The notes beneath the pieces are model-generated. The model worked only from the letters and a program-made list of their open reading frames with translations. It ran no database searches and was not told the origin of the DNA. From NCBI GenBank assembly GCA_964016885.1, contig OZ024742.1, positions 201,562,001 through 201,626,000 of the forward strand: DNA of 64,000 bases, given 5' to 3'. Positions 1-13,901 of this stretch are shown in pieces. Position 1 is the first letter of the stretch. The number at the start of each line of letters is the position of its first letter. Made by a program: the position numbers and the translations under genes. Source of the stretch: Eledone cirrhosa. Lineage: Eukaryota.

Positions 1-34
<34 letters not shown>

Positions 35-110
35 GTATATATATAATATAAATTTATATTATATATATATATGGATATAAGTATATATAGCAACGAAGAC
101 ATTAGACAAA

Positions 111-850
111 TACTTGCGTTTCGTTGGCATTAATAACAACTCATTTAGCCTACCATTTTGTAATAGAATTACCTCTGGGGAAATTATGGATCGTATATGA
201 GAGTTCTAAATTCAGGTATATAGTAAACTCTGTAAAAACTCTAAAAAATATAAAAATATGAATCATTTTTGAGTCAATTTTTTTCGAAGTAAGTGACGTA
301 ACTATAAAAAGGAAAGAGAAGCTAGATTATGTGTAAAGAGAAAGCAGGTAACCGAGTTAAGTTGAATTTTATTCCAGATTTAGACCATCCATTTAGGAAA
401 AAATTAGTTTCATGTGAGCAATGATTAAACAGATCCAGATATATATAAAAGCAGTAATTTGTAGAATTGGACTGTGTAAGTATATTCCTCTTTTCGGCAG
501 TTCTTAAGTCTCAAGTTTTGGATCCGTTAATATAGGGTGGGGATGTGTCCAATATCCTCCATTTTATGGGCAAACCCGTGCCGCTTTCTTTGAGTTTCCA
601 TACCTGCTTGCGGGCTAAGTGTTATGCCTCGTATGTGAATATCTAAAGTTCATTACGGGGATAAATAAATGGCTTTTAAACTTTTGTCTACGTTTCTGTC
701 TGTTGGATCTGATTGTCGGGGGGTCACTTCTGCTTCAATTATCACTTCTGAAGTATTGCACTCTTGGTCATCCGGAACGTGGAAGATTCGTGTATCTATT
801 TGTGATACGTGATCCCATTTTTTAGCAGAAGAGTAGGCGATTTTCACTCT
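111..850 (-). mobile_element. Highly decayed PLE 3' remnant (possible Naiad-like C-terminus plus degenerate HHR at 111-150)
   Basis: Minus strand gives KIAYSS (cf. Naiad KISYS) and a CSHETNFFL-like end. 111-150 reads TAAATGA-gttg...caac-GAAAcgc, a mutated hammerhead core with intact stem II ends. Confidence 0.3.
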
Positions 851-863
851 GTATACACGCGCG

Positions 864-988
<125 letters not shown>

Positions 989-1043
989 GCATATGTATGT
1001 AAACACACACAACTATGGATATAAACATGCAAACATTATTTAC

Positions 1044-1229
1044 GCGGTGGATTGGCAGTATCGGTAGATGGTCAGACGCCATGCTTTGCACCATAGAGCT
1101 ATGGCCCTTTAAGGTCTCAGTTCAAATCCCGCCGAGTTTTGCCTTTCATCCTTACATGGTCGATAATATAAAGCACCAGTAATGCACTAGGTAATTGTTG
1201 GCCTTGTGCCTAAAGTAGAAACAATTATT
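1044..1229 (+). mobile_element. tRNA-derived SINE, copy 1
   Basis: A-box-like TGGCAGTATCGG, B-box GTTCAAATCC, central GCCTTTCATCCTT..GGTCGATAA domain (MetaSINE-like, from memory) and ATTATT tail. Near-identical copies at 25190 and 49549. Confidence 0.85.
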
Positions 1230-2583
1230 TAAGCATTTCTACATGGATAGCAAGAGTTGAAAAGTTTCGAAAAGTGCAATATTTCTGGCGAGATCTTCGC
1301 CAGAATCTAACTACCCCGTACATATTTCATGGTGAAATATGTAACTAAATGCTATGAACTGAAGCACGCATACACACATCTCTACATATACACACAACAC
1401 ACACACACAACATACACACACAGACACACACACAACACACACACAAACACACACCCACACACCCACAGACGCACACACACACACACACATATATAGATGC
1501 AGGTCTTCGATTAATCCCCCAAATAGAACTTATATATAACTGCAGACGTAGCAATCTAATTGCATACATATTTAATCAAAGATATATACATACATACAGA
1601 CACACACACACATACATACATACATACATACATACATACATACATACATACATACATACATACATACATACATACATGCATACACACACACGTACATACA
1701 TAGATTTAGACATACATATATATATAGAGATATAAACATACATATATACATAACTATTTACTTATGTATACGCATGATACATAAATACACACATACCCAC
1801 CCATATGTATATATATACACATACATACATCAATACATACATACATGCGTACATACATACACGCATACATATATACATCCATACTTAAATACATACACAC
1901 TTATATACATACATAAATACATACATACATACACACGTACATGTATACATACACACGTACATGCAATCATATTTATAATTATATGTTGGTAAACGTATTG
2001 CTATAAATACACGCCTTTAGACGTACATACTTGATGCACAGACAAGACATTGTTGTAAAATGTCTCACATTTCACAAATTGTTTGACAAGATTTAATCAA
2101 CCTTTCCAGATGAATAGGAAAATTTAAAAAGAAAACCGATACAACAACACACTGGTTAACAAAAATAGCAAAGACAAGAGAAACTATTATTCATGAACAA
2201 TTTAGAAACAAAGACACATAATTGAGAAAAGGTTGTGGTGTGGTGTGGATTGAAGAGACAAATCGACAAATCGATATCGATCTATATCTAATCAGAGCAA
2301 TGAAAACTTGATATCAAGTTTTTTTGTTATTTCAAGAGAATTTGGTGACAGAATCTCCGTTTATTAAAACAAACAGAGTTTTCTGGAAGACTGAATGATA
2401 TGTGTGAGAAATATATGTGATAACTAATCTACTCGGCGTTCTTGTATGTATTGACGTGTGTGTATAGCTGTGTGCATGGGAGCTTATACATATATGTACA
2501 TACATATATATATTTATTTATACATACATAAGCATAATACGCACATAACTACGTACGCACACACACGCATATCTATATATATA

Positions 2584-2678
2584 CAGGGTTTCCCCAAAAC
2601 ATGTATACATAATTCAACAGCATTCTTTTAACTATTGCCTGTACCGGTAATCAAAGTTTGTATACGTATTTGGGGACA
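2584..2678. mobile_element. Tiny Tc1/mariner-type MITE remnant
   Basis: TA|CAGGGTTTCCCCAAAACATGTATAC ... GTATACGTATTTGGGGACA imperfect terminal inverted repeats in a TA context. Confidence 0.45.
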
Positions 2679-2690
2679 TATATATATATA

Positions 2691-3311
2691 TATTGTTATG
2701 CTTTAGGAAGGTCATGTTGCCAATAAGAAACACATGCACCAGTTACTTTCACTTCAATTTATTATAAATTAAATTCATAAATTTAGGAATTTATAAATTT
2801 CCGGTTGGTTGGTTGGTTCCACAACCAGACGATTGTTCATATATTGTCAAAGTTCTTTCGCCACACATTCTGTGACCGCTTCAGTAACTGGGGATTCTTT
2901 TCTTTGTTTTTGTGCCTCTCCTTTGTTCTGTACTACGCCATTTTGTTTTTGTGAGTGTTGTGTGCTTAGTTTGCGCATGTGTTACATCCGGTTGTCTGTG
3001 TGTGTTTATATTTGTTTATTTTATTTGTTTATTTACATGTTACTGGTTGGTTGTTTGTTCTATGTGTGTGTGTGTTTTCATTTTGTCCTTAATTGTAAGT
3101 TGTGAAGTTGCTATTCCATTCATGTTTTCTATTTAATTTTGGTTGGAGTTCATTTATGTTTATTGCCTCTGTGATTTGTCTAAACATTGCGTCTTTTCTG
3201 TGTGTAGATTCTATTTTTATTTCTATGTTCTCTAATTTACCCTTATGTTCTATTTTAGCATGTCGGTGGAGTCCAGATGATTCTTTACTATCTTGAAGCT
3301 CTCGCCAGGGT
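2691..3311 (-). mobile_element. Nematis-like PLE 3' fragment (end of GIY-YIG ORF plus pLTR)
   Basis: WRELQDSKESS...RQITEAININELQPKLNRKHEW matches the end of the 41797-44301 ORF; pLTR matches 44300-44700. Confidence 0.9.
2846..2888 (-). ncRNA. Hammerhead ribozyme type I, core mutated (CTGAAGC)
   Basis: gtta-CTGAAGC-ggtcaca/tgtggc-GAAA-gaac-TT-tgac; paralog of 44503-44545. Confidence 0.6.
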
Positions 3312-4160
3312 CCTTTAGTACTTCTTAATAGACAACAGTGTAACCTATAGATAAGTAACATAATCTAGAAATTGGTTATAACATCATATGATAGGCACTT
3401 ATTTGAAACACCATTAATGTAATTTAGGAGAATAAATTTAACCAAGAAAACCAGCTAGTTACCTCCCCTTACGCATTAATTCCCCTTGGTCATACACACA
3501 CTTCCGGAATATAATATCATCACACAAAACTAAACAACATGATCTATTAATTAAGAATCGACAAGATACGGTTTACAACTTGGTTATATGCTGAACCATC
3601 GTGAATTATATGATAGACCCGTGGTCTATATATTGCGTCTCATGGATTATGTGAGTGGTGGTGTGCGCGAAGACAGTGGTACTGTTTTGCCTGCGATATA
3701 ATATGTTTTATAATATGTTTGATATTTTTGATATTTTGGTGTTTCTCTACATTCGGGACTGTATATCATACAGGTGTATGCGAAAAAATGATTTAATAAT
3801 TCAGCCCACATAATAATATCGATTGCCTGCTTCAACTGCCTGACCCTGCAAGTAACAATCTGACGCACTCTAATCCTGTATAAATAAGACACGCGTGCAT
3901 GCTACACGTGAGATTGTTTCATACACTGACTACTCTAAACTTTCCTCTTGCTTTATCTTAATAAACTGCCAATGCTTCATTTTTATTTTTATTTTTATTT
4001 TTATTTTTATTTTTATTTTTATCCTTTAACCTTTATATGTAAATTGCCTTGCTATATCATTTTGATGGATGTCATCCCACTGTGGATCAATATGTGCATA
4101 TGTTTTTATATGTCTCTTGTGTTGAAAAGGAGGTCAAGTATGTTATAGATCACTAAATAG

Positions 4161-4209
4161 TTGCTCCGAAGAATCCAAACCTCGGTTTGGATGAAACAAT
4201 TGTAAGCAA
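4161..4209 (+). ncRNA. Hammerhead ribozyme type I, CCGAAGA (U4C) core
   Basis: TTGCT-CCGAAGA-ATCCAAACC tc GGTTTGGAT-GAAA-CAATTG-TA-AGCAA; palindromic minimal stem III. Confidence 0.88.
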
Positions 4210-4462
4210 ATAAATGATTTAAACTGAACTTTCATTATTGTAATCTCTATATAACTGCGCTGTAAAACAATCGATGTTATTACATTGAGCTATTTATCTT
4301 ACTGGTAATAAGATAGTAATTAATGACTATCTTTCACTATTTAGGGTTTGTATAAAAAATATATAACCATAAAAGGTTTTATTACATACATAACCATAAA
4401 TAGTAACCTTAATACTAATAACTGCTCCATATTGTTGAGCTGATATACAATAAATTACCAGC

Positions 4463-6924
4463 ATGCTGATTAAAGACCAACTCCCTATGTCAACCAAGAA
4501 CATACCTATACCACCCAAAAATACATATGCAAATTATTGATCAACAGTGTAAACTCCTTTATCAATAGAGTGAGATGGAGGACATTCCATTATGATAAAA
4601 ACAAATCTAGCAAGGATAATAATACCAACAAATTTGACTCCTTCGGCTTTAAAACCTTTAGAAGCCCCCCTCATAGCACACTACTAGACCACTTCGAAAA
4701 TGACCTAATAAAACTAGTTAAGAATATTAAATACAAAAAACACCGTAATAAAAAGAACACCTTCTTAAAGAAACTTAGCACCTCTATTAATCATTTCAAA
4801 ACTAGTAGTAACATTTTTGTACATGCCGACAAAACTAATAACATATACAGCCTAGATTATAATACTTATAGAAAGTTTATATATAATGAACTACATAAAA
4901 GCTACAAGAAAACCACTATGAAAAACTTAGAAGATATTAATATGGAAGGCTATAATATATTATCCAAACTAGGGCTCCAGAGACATACACAACCTTATAC
5001 CCCAAATCCCCCTAGATTCTCTCTGAAGGACCATAAGGAGGACTTCATTAGCAACCCCTCGATTAGACTCATCTGCCCCTCCAAGTCTGACATTGGCATT
5101 ATCAGTAAAAAAATTCTAGATAAAATCATCCCACATATTAAACTCAAGATTTACCTTAAACAATGGGGAAATACGGGTGAAGTGATTGAATGGTTCAAAA
5201 ATATCAAAGATAACAAGGATAAAAAATTTATTCAATTTGATATCAATTATTACTACACCCCTATTTCCCCTATCCTACTAAATAAGGCACTTATAATGGC
5301 CATGGACAATAGTGACCTGACTAGACCCCAGATTGATGTCATACTTGCGGCCCGTAAAACACTAATCACCTTTGAAGACCAATTATGAACCCGCAAAGAT
5401 ACGCAAAACAACTTCGACATTACCATGGGGTCTAGTGACTCGGCGCAGGTCACTGATTTAGTCGGCCTATATTTACTTAACCAAATCCATAGAGAGCTTC
5501 CGTACCTCAGCGGTGGTTTGTATCGCGACGATGCACTTCTACTTATAGATTATAAAAAATTCAATATAGAAAGAATTAGAAAACTATTGCACAAAACATT
5601 CAAAAGCTATAACCTTAGTATTACCATGGACAAAAACACCCAAAACGTCAACTTCCTAGACGCCACACTCTACCTGGACTCAATGATATATGCACCTTTC
5701 CACAAACCTAATGAAAAACTCATCTACGTAGATACCAAGTCTAACCACTCTATATTAAACTCTATCTCTAAGGGAGTATCTAATAGAATCTCTAATCTAT
5801 CCTATGACATAAACACATTTAACAATAACTCGCAGTATTATAATCAGGCATTAGCTAGATCAGGCCATAATACAGGGATAGAGTTCCTACCTACAAAAAC
5901 GCATAACTACAACATTATTTCACACAACATGTCCATGGGAAAATTTAATAATAGGAATAGCAACCACACACACACTAATAGAGATGATAACAACAAAAGT
6001 AACCCACACCACAGAAATTACCATAGTAACATTAAAGGAAACAAATCACCAGACATAAAAAACAGAAATAGAAGAAATAATACATTTTTCAACCCTCCTT
6101 TCAATCTAAACGTCTCTACCAACCTTCCTAGGGCTTTCTTCTCACTACTGGATAAACACTTCCCATCCGGCCACGGGTACCATAGCCTTTTAAACAAAAA
6201 CACTATTAAAATCTCATAATCTACTACGCCTAACTTAGCATACCACATAGCTAGTAGCAATAAAAGAAAAATTAATTCTTACTTCCAACAAACTAAATCA
6301 CAACAGACGATAAACCTTCAAAATAACATTCAAAATAACATTATAGCAACTAACCATAATATCAATAGAAATAATAGTATTAGTACTAGTGTAAACATTA
6401 ACGCTGCGAACGACAACCCACATAACCATAACCCTATAGCTAACATCCAAACTTCTACACAGCATAATAACCGGCAGACTAACACCCAGAATAATTGTAA
6501 CTGTAGATCAAATAGAACCTGCCCTTTAGATAAAAAATGCTTAACCAAGGATATCATATACTCATGTACAGTCACAACTAACAACTCTTCTGAAACCTAT
6601 ATAGGCTCTACTTCTAACTGCTTCAAAACTAGATACAATTCGCACCTCCACTCTTTCAAAAAACACAGTCTAGCCAACTCCACTTCACTATCTAGCTACA
6701 TACACTATCTAAAAACTAAAAATAAAATATATACACTTAAATGGGAAGTGGTAGGTAGTGCAATATCGTACAAACCACCTAATAAATGTTGTAACCTCTG
6801 TCTACTAGAGACCCATACTATCATCTTCTCTAACCATAATCTCCTTAATAAAAAATCAGAAGTGTTCGCATATTGCCAACACCGCTTCCGACACTCTTTC
6901 CAAAACTTTAAACCCTATATATAA
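4463..6924 (+). pseudogene. Naiad-like PLE RT + GIY-YIG endonuclease (one frameshift, stops at 5386 and 6217)
   Basis: STKNIPIPP, HADKTNN, LKDHK, FIQFDI, FDITMGS, GGLYRDD, NFLD, SNH, then CNC..CPL..C, IIY..YIG, CNLCLLE, LLNKKSE..CQH. Confidence 0.92.
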
Positions 6925-8999
6925 CAATGTCCGACTGGAACCGTCACCACCCCTAGCAATTAGCATCAGTAGCACACCTTACACCTCATCTCCACACCCA
7001 TTAATATACTCTGAAGGTAATACTGGCAGCATTATAGTACCATCTACCCTGGGGATACCCCCATGTACTTCTAATTCTGATATTTCGGCCGTGGATTACT
7101 TAAACTGCATTGCACAAATATATGATTAATATAAACTGTAGACACGGTATTGGTTGTGCTAACATAATCCTGTGCATGGAGTGCCACCATGAGATAGATT
7201 GATGATTAAGTAGGTAATCTTATTGTTATGTAACTATATATTCTATACGATCAGTACAATGAATTATGCACAGGTGATACATGAGTTAGGAGTTTCTGTG
7301 TTGCTTGATGATCTGATTAGTATCTTTTGATGAGAGAACTGGTCCCCGGACCACCCTGGTGAATTTACCGGCGATGCAGTCATACAATGATCCGAAACTT
7401 GCCGGGAGTCTTGTATGATAATAAGACCATTATTAGTAATAAAACCCTTATTAGTAGTGAGACCCATATAATTAATTTTGTAGTCTGACTCTTCTTATAG
7501 ATTGTCCAGGTGTGGCACTCCATATTAGATTGTAATCATCATGATATGAACTCCTTTAGTACTTATTAATAGACTCCACTCTAATTTGTAGATAAGATAC
7601 CTAATTTAATTTATATATGTGATGGGAGTTTATGTATTATTTATGTATTGCTTGATGGCCAGACTGGTGTCTTTATATGGGAGATTTGATCTCCAGATTG
7701 TAATCATCATGATATGAACTCTTTAGTACTTATTAATAGACTCCACTCTAATTTGTAGATAAGATACCTAATTTAATTTATATATGTGATGGGAGTTTAT
7801 CTATTGCTTGATGGCCAGACTGGTGTCTTTATATGAGAAATTTGATCTCCAGACCACCATGGAGATACTCAGATTTACCAAGGATTCAGACATACAATGA
7901 CCCAGAGCTTACCGGGAGTCATATATAATAATAGGACCATGCCAGGTCCTGCGGGAGGAATTACACTTACAAAGAACATTGATTTGGGGGTCTGACTCTT
8001 CTTATAGAATGTTCAGATATGACACCCCTTAATAGAAGGTAATCATCCTGATATATACACCTTTAGTACTTCTTAATAGACAACAGTGTAACCTATAGAT
8101 AAGTAACATAATCTAGAAATTGGTTATAACATCATATGATAGGCACTTATTTGAAACACCATTAATGTAATTTAGGAGAATAAATTTAACCAAGAAAACC
8201 AGCTAGTTACCTCCCCTTACGCATTAATTCCCCTTGGTCATACACACACTTCCGGAATATAATATCATCACACACAACTAAACAACATGATCTATTAATT
8301 AAGAATCGACAAGATACGGTTTACAACTTGGTTATATGCTGAACCATCGTGAATTATATGGTAGACCCGTGGTCTATATATTGCGTCTCATGGATTATGT
8401 GAGTGGTGGTGTGAGCGAAGACAGTGGTACTGTTTTGCCTACGATATAATATGTTTTATAATATGTTTGATATTTTTGATATTTTGGTGTTTCTCTACAT
8501 TCGGGACTGTATATCATACAGGTGTATGCGAAAAAATGATTTAATAATTCGGCCCACATAATTATATCGATTGCCTGCTTCAACTGCCTGACCCTACAAG
8601 TAACAATCTGACGTACTCTAATCCTGTATAAATAAGACACGCGTGCATGCTACACGTGAGATTGTTTCATACACTGACTACTCTAAACTTCCCTCTTGCT
8701 TTATCTTAATAAACTGCCAATGCTTCATTTTTACTTTTATTTTTATTTTTATTTTTATTTTTATTTTTATTTTTATTTTTATTTTTTTTTTTTTTATTTT
8801 TATTTTTTTTTTTATTTTTATTTTTATTTTTATTTTTTTTTTTATTTTTATTTTTATTTTTATTTTTATTTTTATATGTAAATTGCCATGCTATATCATT
8901 TTGATGGATGTCATCCCACTGTGGATCAATATGTGCATATGTTTTTATATGTCTCTTGTGTTGAAAAGGAGGTCAAGTATGTTATAGATCACTAAATAG

Positions 9000-9048
9000 T
9001 TGGTCCGAAGAATCTAAACCTCGGTTTGGATGAAACAATTGTAAGCAA
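9000..9048 (+). ncRNA. Hammerhead ribozyme type I, CCGAAGA core (3' pLTR copy, one stem I mismatch)
   Basis: TTGGT-CCGAAGA-ATCTAAACC/GGTTTGGAT-GAAA-CAATTG-TA-AGCAA. Confidence 0.82.
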
Positions 9049-9249
9049 ATAAATGATTTAAACTGAACTTTCATTATTGTAATCTCTATATAACTGCGCT
9101 GTAAAACAATCGATGTTATTACATTGAGCTATTTATCTTACTGGTAATAAGATAGTAATTAATGACTATCTTTCACTATTTAGGGTTTGTATAAAAAATA
9201 TATAACCATAAAAGCTTCTATTACATACATAACCATAAATAGTATCCTT

Positions 9250-9319
<70 letters not shown>

Positions 9320-10595
9320 CATAAGTGTACTTCTGTATAAATATGTTGGTAGATATACTAATTCTTTATAATTATCTCCAAATTACTTGTTGAGCAAAAA
9401 TTCGCCTGAATTACTGCTATGATTCATAGTAATATTTTGGCTACTGTCTTTTTAACACCCCACTCCTCACTGATTAATCTCGATGTCAAGTGATTGATTC
9501 TTTTGAATTTTGCCACTGACCGGGAAGGTAGTGAAATTTTCAGTGTCTTGAAATTTAGTCCGCGCTTGCTTCTTTTCCAATCACTGAATTATTTTTGTTT
9601 GAGATCCCTGTGTCCGCCTATCGCCTGGGATCTTAGCAGAGAATTGATTCCCTGATGAAGAAAGGAATTGTCCATGGTTTTGAACACTATGTATATCCCC
9701 TTTCAGAAACTAATTAGTTGGAGTGAAACTTAAGTAAGAAAGTTAATTATTATAATTTTCTTATTTTACGTCTTTCATATATATATGAGAGTATTGAAGT
9801 TTGCTTGAAGCATTGTGGAATAATAAGGTAAATTTCGTTTGGAAGCCTCGACAATGCAAATGGGTAAATCTCCGGGTAACAAGATCCGGTGGTGGAGAGA
9901 GAGATGTAAGTGGGTGTACGTTGAGATGCGTGGCGTGTATAAGACGTGTAGAGGAATGAAGGAAAGAGCGTAAAGGATAAAAATAAAAATAACAACACGA
10001 GAGAGAGTTACCTTGGGAGAGATTTAATTGTCCCTATATATTTCGGATTCACATCCATCAACTGGGGTTTTTTTTCCGAGGTAGGAGAAAGGTTGTCTGT
10101 CGGAAAGGTGCGAAACGTGTCCTCCGCTGTTCGTTGTTTTGAATATCTGAGGTAATAACAAAAAACAATAACATATATATGTATAGTAGTAGTTATGCTG
10201 GTGGTATGATAGTGTTGATCTGATGGTAATAGTATCGTGGTAGCCATTTTAGTACATTGAAATTGCGTTGGAAGCTGAAGTTAAAATGTTATTAATTGAC
10301 AAATGGTGGTAATTATATAGTAATGGCAATTGCGATCTTTGTCAAAGTGCCAATGGTAATCCGTGTGTTGGGGTGGTGGTAGTTTAACCTCAAAACAGCT
10401 CTGATCCTGCAGAGGCATCCTATACTGTCCATGCACATCCCTTCATGGGTACATGTGTATGGAAACTAAAACCTCTTTATAGAGCGTGTCAGTTTTAATG
10501 ATGATGGAAGTTGTTTTGACGGTGATTTGGCAATCAGCCCAACAAGCACGTGGAGGAACCATCACTGATTTGCATCGAAGGTATGTAGATAGACA

Positions 10596-10762
10596 TAGCA
10601 GTAGTAGTAGTCGTTGTAGAAGCAGCAGCAGCAGCAGCAGTATTAGTAGTAGTAACAGCATCAGCAACAGCATTAGTAGTAGTAGTAGTAGTAGTAATAA
10701 TAGCTGTTGCATCATCAGCAGCAGGAGTAGTAGTAGTAGCAACAGCGGTAGTCGTCGTCGTT

Positions 10763-10808
<46 letters not shown>

Positions 10809-10935
10809 CAGAGCAGCAGTAGTAGTGGTAGTAGTAGTAGTAGTGGTGGTGGTGAAAATGGCGGCAGTGGTGGTAATGATGTTGGTGAATTTGTTGGTGG
10901 TGGTGCTGGTGGTGGGGATTTTTGTGATGGTTGTA
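10596..10935. repeat. Compound trinucleotide microsatellite (AGT/AGC/GGT)
   Basis: Direct reading; explains the poly-S/V/L ORFs. Confidence 0.9.
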
Positions 10936-11267
10936 TTGGTTGTGATTACAATTATGCTAATCTAAGGAGACTAAATGTAATTAAAAACGAGATGAAGATG
11001 GATGAGTTAATCTGATTGGTTGATTGATTGAAAGTTCGATATATGATAGATCGACAAGAACTAAACTAAAAGATAGAAATTCACGCACACACAAATAAAC
11101 AAATACACACAGAGACGAGCATACATATACATAGATGTACCTTTATAGATAATCTCAAATGTCGCATGATTAACACTTTGTGATAGAAACGTTTGGAAAT
11201 TGTAATTTAATATCTTTCTCCCTAACTCTCTCACAACAGTGTTGAGAAGACATACAACTATCCCTGT

Positions 11268-11280
11268 CTATCTATCTATC

Positions 11281-11311
<31 letters not shown>

Positions 11312-11312
11312 C
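11268..11312. repeat. (TCTA)n microsatellite, left flank of the LINE stack
   Basis: Direct reading. Confidence 0.9.
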
Positions 11313-11314
11313 TC

Positions 11315-11774
11315 CTATGGCGAAAGAGGTTGTATGGTGGACAAGGTTGAAAGGGCTGAGTCAGACACCTTTCTCTCCGGCCAACAACTGATTCTTTTTT
11401 TCAAATACCACTTTGGAAGAAGAATCAGGATGGAGAGAGAGGTGCTGTACTCCAGCAAGTTTTATGAAAGGTGGGTGAAAGTGGCGAGAATGGCCCGAGT
11501 GAATGGGCCCTCTCTCTATATCAGCCTGTAAGTTGAGGAAAAGGTGTGGAGAGGAAAGGAGTAAAAACTCTTCGTACTCCTGGAGACGAGGGTTGCACAT
11601 TTTTTCGTGGGTATGTGTTACCCATATGAACTGTCTCCCCCTATTGGGGAAAATCGACTAATTTTTAAATTGCATTTGTGATATTTTACACGTTTTTATT
11701 GTATGTAAACTTCCCCCTTTGTATTTGTCCCCTTCTTTTGTGCCCCTGTGGCTAATAAAGAAACATATCTGTCT
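11315..11774 (+). mobile_element. Tx1/L1-clade LINE, 3' fragment (copy 1)
   Basis: FLSGQQLILFFKYHFGRRIRMERE..WVKVARMARVNGPSLYISL plus 3' UTR ending AATAAAGAAACATATCT; closely matches 20766-21225. Confidence 0.9.
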
Positions 11775-12007
11775 ATCTCCGGATGGTATAGATGTTCTTC
11801 ACATTGGCTCCTCGATTATTGGATATATTACGTGTTAACAGTAAGTGTTTGTCTGTATTCTTGCGTTATTGTGTTAATTAACCTCGTTGCCTGGGTCTTC
11901 GGGCATTTGGGTTAATTTATTTCACCCCTTCTGGGGTGAAATTTTTCATCCTAAAAATCTTGTGATTGTCTCTACGCTAGTGGTTTTGGAAGCCATTACC
12001 ACAGGTA

Positions 12008-13877
12008 ACGATGACACGCCCAATAAACAAACTGAAGGAGAGCGGGTAGCGGAGGCAACAAGCCTCTCTACTGAAAGAATAAGGATTATTAGAAACATTG
12101 AAAAAATGGAGCCTAAGTCTAATGAAAAAAATGTGAAAAAAATTGACTCGGAGAAATTGCCAAAATTAATGGATGCTGTTTCAACTTTTCACGGTGCCAC
12201 GCCCACCAGCAAAGGTGAAAGAGAAGTAGTAACTGTGACTACACTACAAGTCTCTCGGATACTGAAAATATAAGTGACCATTTTGAAAAAAATGGAGTCT
12301 AACCCCAACGGGGAAAAAATGTGAACGCATACACCAACATAAATAACACAAACACAACAAAAAATGAAAATTGTAACAACAAAAAACAAGAAAACAACAT
12401 TTCGACAAATGTAAACAAAGAGGGGGCGAACAAAATGACGTTCGCCAAACTACCAAAAAAACAATTGTGTATGAACCTATTGACATTTCCAACATGGCCC
12501 AGCAAATGGAAAATGTACGGAAGTATATAACTTTGGAGGAGAATGGTCTATTTTCTTTAAATTCTCCCCCAGAGCTAAAAAAGGGAAATAGCTTAAAAAC
12601 TATTATTTATAGGACAATATCCAACAAAACCCGTAAGCCAGTACAACTCACACAGACAGAGATTGATCTGGGTTTAAAAGATCATCTGAAAAACATTGTA
12701 TTCATTCGGAAGGAGAGACTCTACGGTAGTCTATCCATCCGAATGAAAGATAAATTGACGGCCGAAAAACATTCCCTGGCCCCAATTATCTCAACCTTAT
12801 TTACCTTCTTCCCCACTTATTTGGGAAGAAGAACGCAAAGATGACCATACACAGGATCGATCCAGATATTGATTTCTGGGCGGTACTGTGTGGCCTCTTC
12901 GACTTGAAAGAGGATGCGGGTAATTTCGGTAGGTAAGTCTTCCAACAACGTGTTCGGTGGAATTAGCCTGCAAGTTCTGGTGCAAATGCAGCCAGAACGA
13001 ATTGCTAGGATCCCCGACCGCATATTGCTGGATGGGCTTGCCTGCTTACACATCAGAGTAGAGGGTAGACGACCCGCTTGTTAGCTCTGTGGTGGCAGAG
13101 GTCACCTGAGGGCTGCCTGTTCCCAAGCAAATAAAAAAACACCGATTTTGCCCACCCCAACAACTACAACACTACCAACACAACCTCCACCACCATCACA
13201 AAAGCAACTAACACCACAAGTTAAAACACAACTGACCCCCCCCCCCCACACACACACAGAAAACAAATACATTAACACCCACATCACAAACACGAGCCGA
13301 AAATGTACCCCTCCCCTTGAATACGGAAGACGACCCACTTTCGTCGTCAGACGAGGGGGGTGGGACACTTTCATAAAGTTAAAAGAAAAAAAAGAAAACA
13401 CACCACAGGAACACAAATACAAACAACCCCTCCCCAATATATAACACAGACATCAACACAAAAAAACACACAACAACAGCAAACAAAAAGAAAAATATGC
13501 ATACACTTACATAAACACAATAAACAAAAAACTGTTAAACGTTATTTATAATAACAACTTAATAAAAACCGAAGGTTCGAATTTCGCACAAGCAACGGGG
13601 CTTCCCCATCTTAAAATGATAAAAGCCCCAATGGACATTTACAAAACGTTAAAAGACACTTTTAAAGAGGACGTGGGGGCCCCCCTTCGTCAGACCCATT
13701 AACCGTGTCCTAAAAAATCCCCCCCCCCCCCCCCCAGACACCCACACAACTCCAAACATCCCAACCCCACCACACACTGATGCCCCAACACTTCCACAAA
13801 CCACCACTTCACCCAACAACCCATCCCCCACCCCCATGGAAATTGTGTTACCCAGTCCCCGGGACGCAGAGAGGTAA
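12008..13877 (+). pseudogene. LINE ORF1 (gag-like) with C-x2-C-x4-H-x4-C zinc knuckle at 13079-13120; start approximate
   Basis: VEGRRPAC*LCGGRGHLRAACS followed by a Pro/Thr-rich tail; multiple stops and frameshifts. Confidence 0.65.
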
Positions 13878-13901
13878 GTTCCTTTTCTCTTTAACACCAA
13901 T

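Larger units (their letters stand above)
3312..9256 (+). mobile_element. Naiad-like Penelope-like retroelement (family A) with direct pLTRs 3312-4417 and 8060-9256
   Basis: ~1.1 kb direct repeats flank an RT/GIY-YIG ORF; each repeat carries an HHR; the 3' end joins (TA)n. Confidence 0.92.

Noticed and set aside
5386-5388. In-frame TGA in the Naiad-like ORF as selenocysteine (some Naiads are reported to encode Sec)
   Set aside because: It aligns with Trp in the family B paralog (SKWIKR), so TGG>TGA. All conserved Cys codons are intact, other stops are TAA, and I saw no SECIS.
9652-9690. CTGATGA motif
   Set aside because: No stem II closing onto GAAA and no stem I partner.
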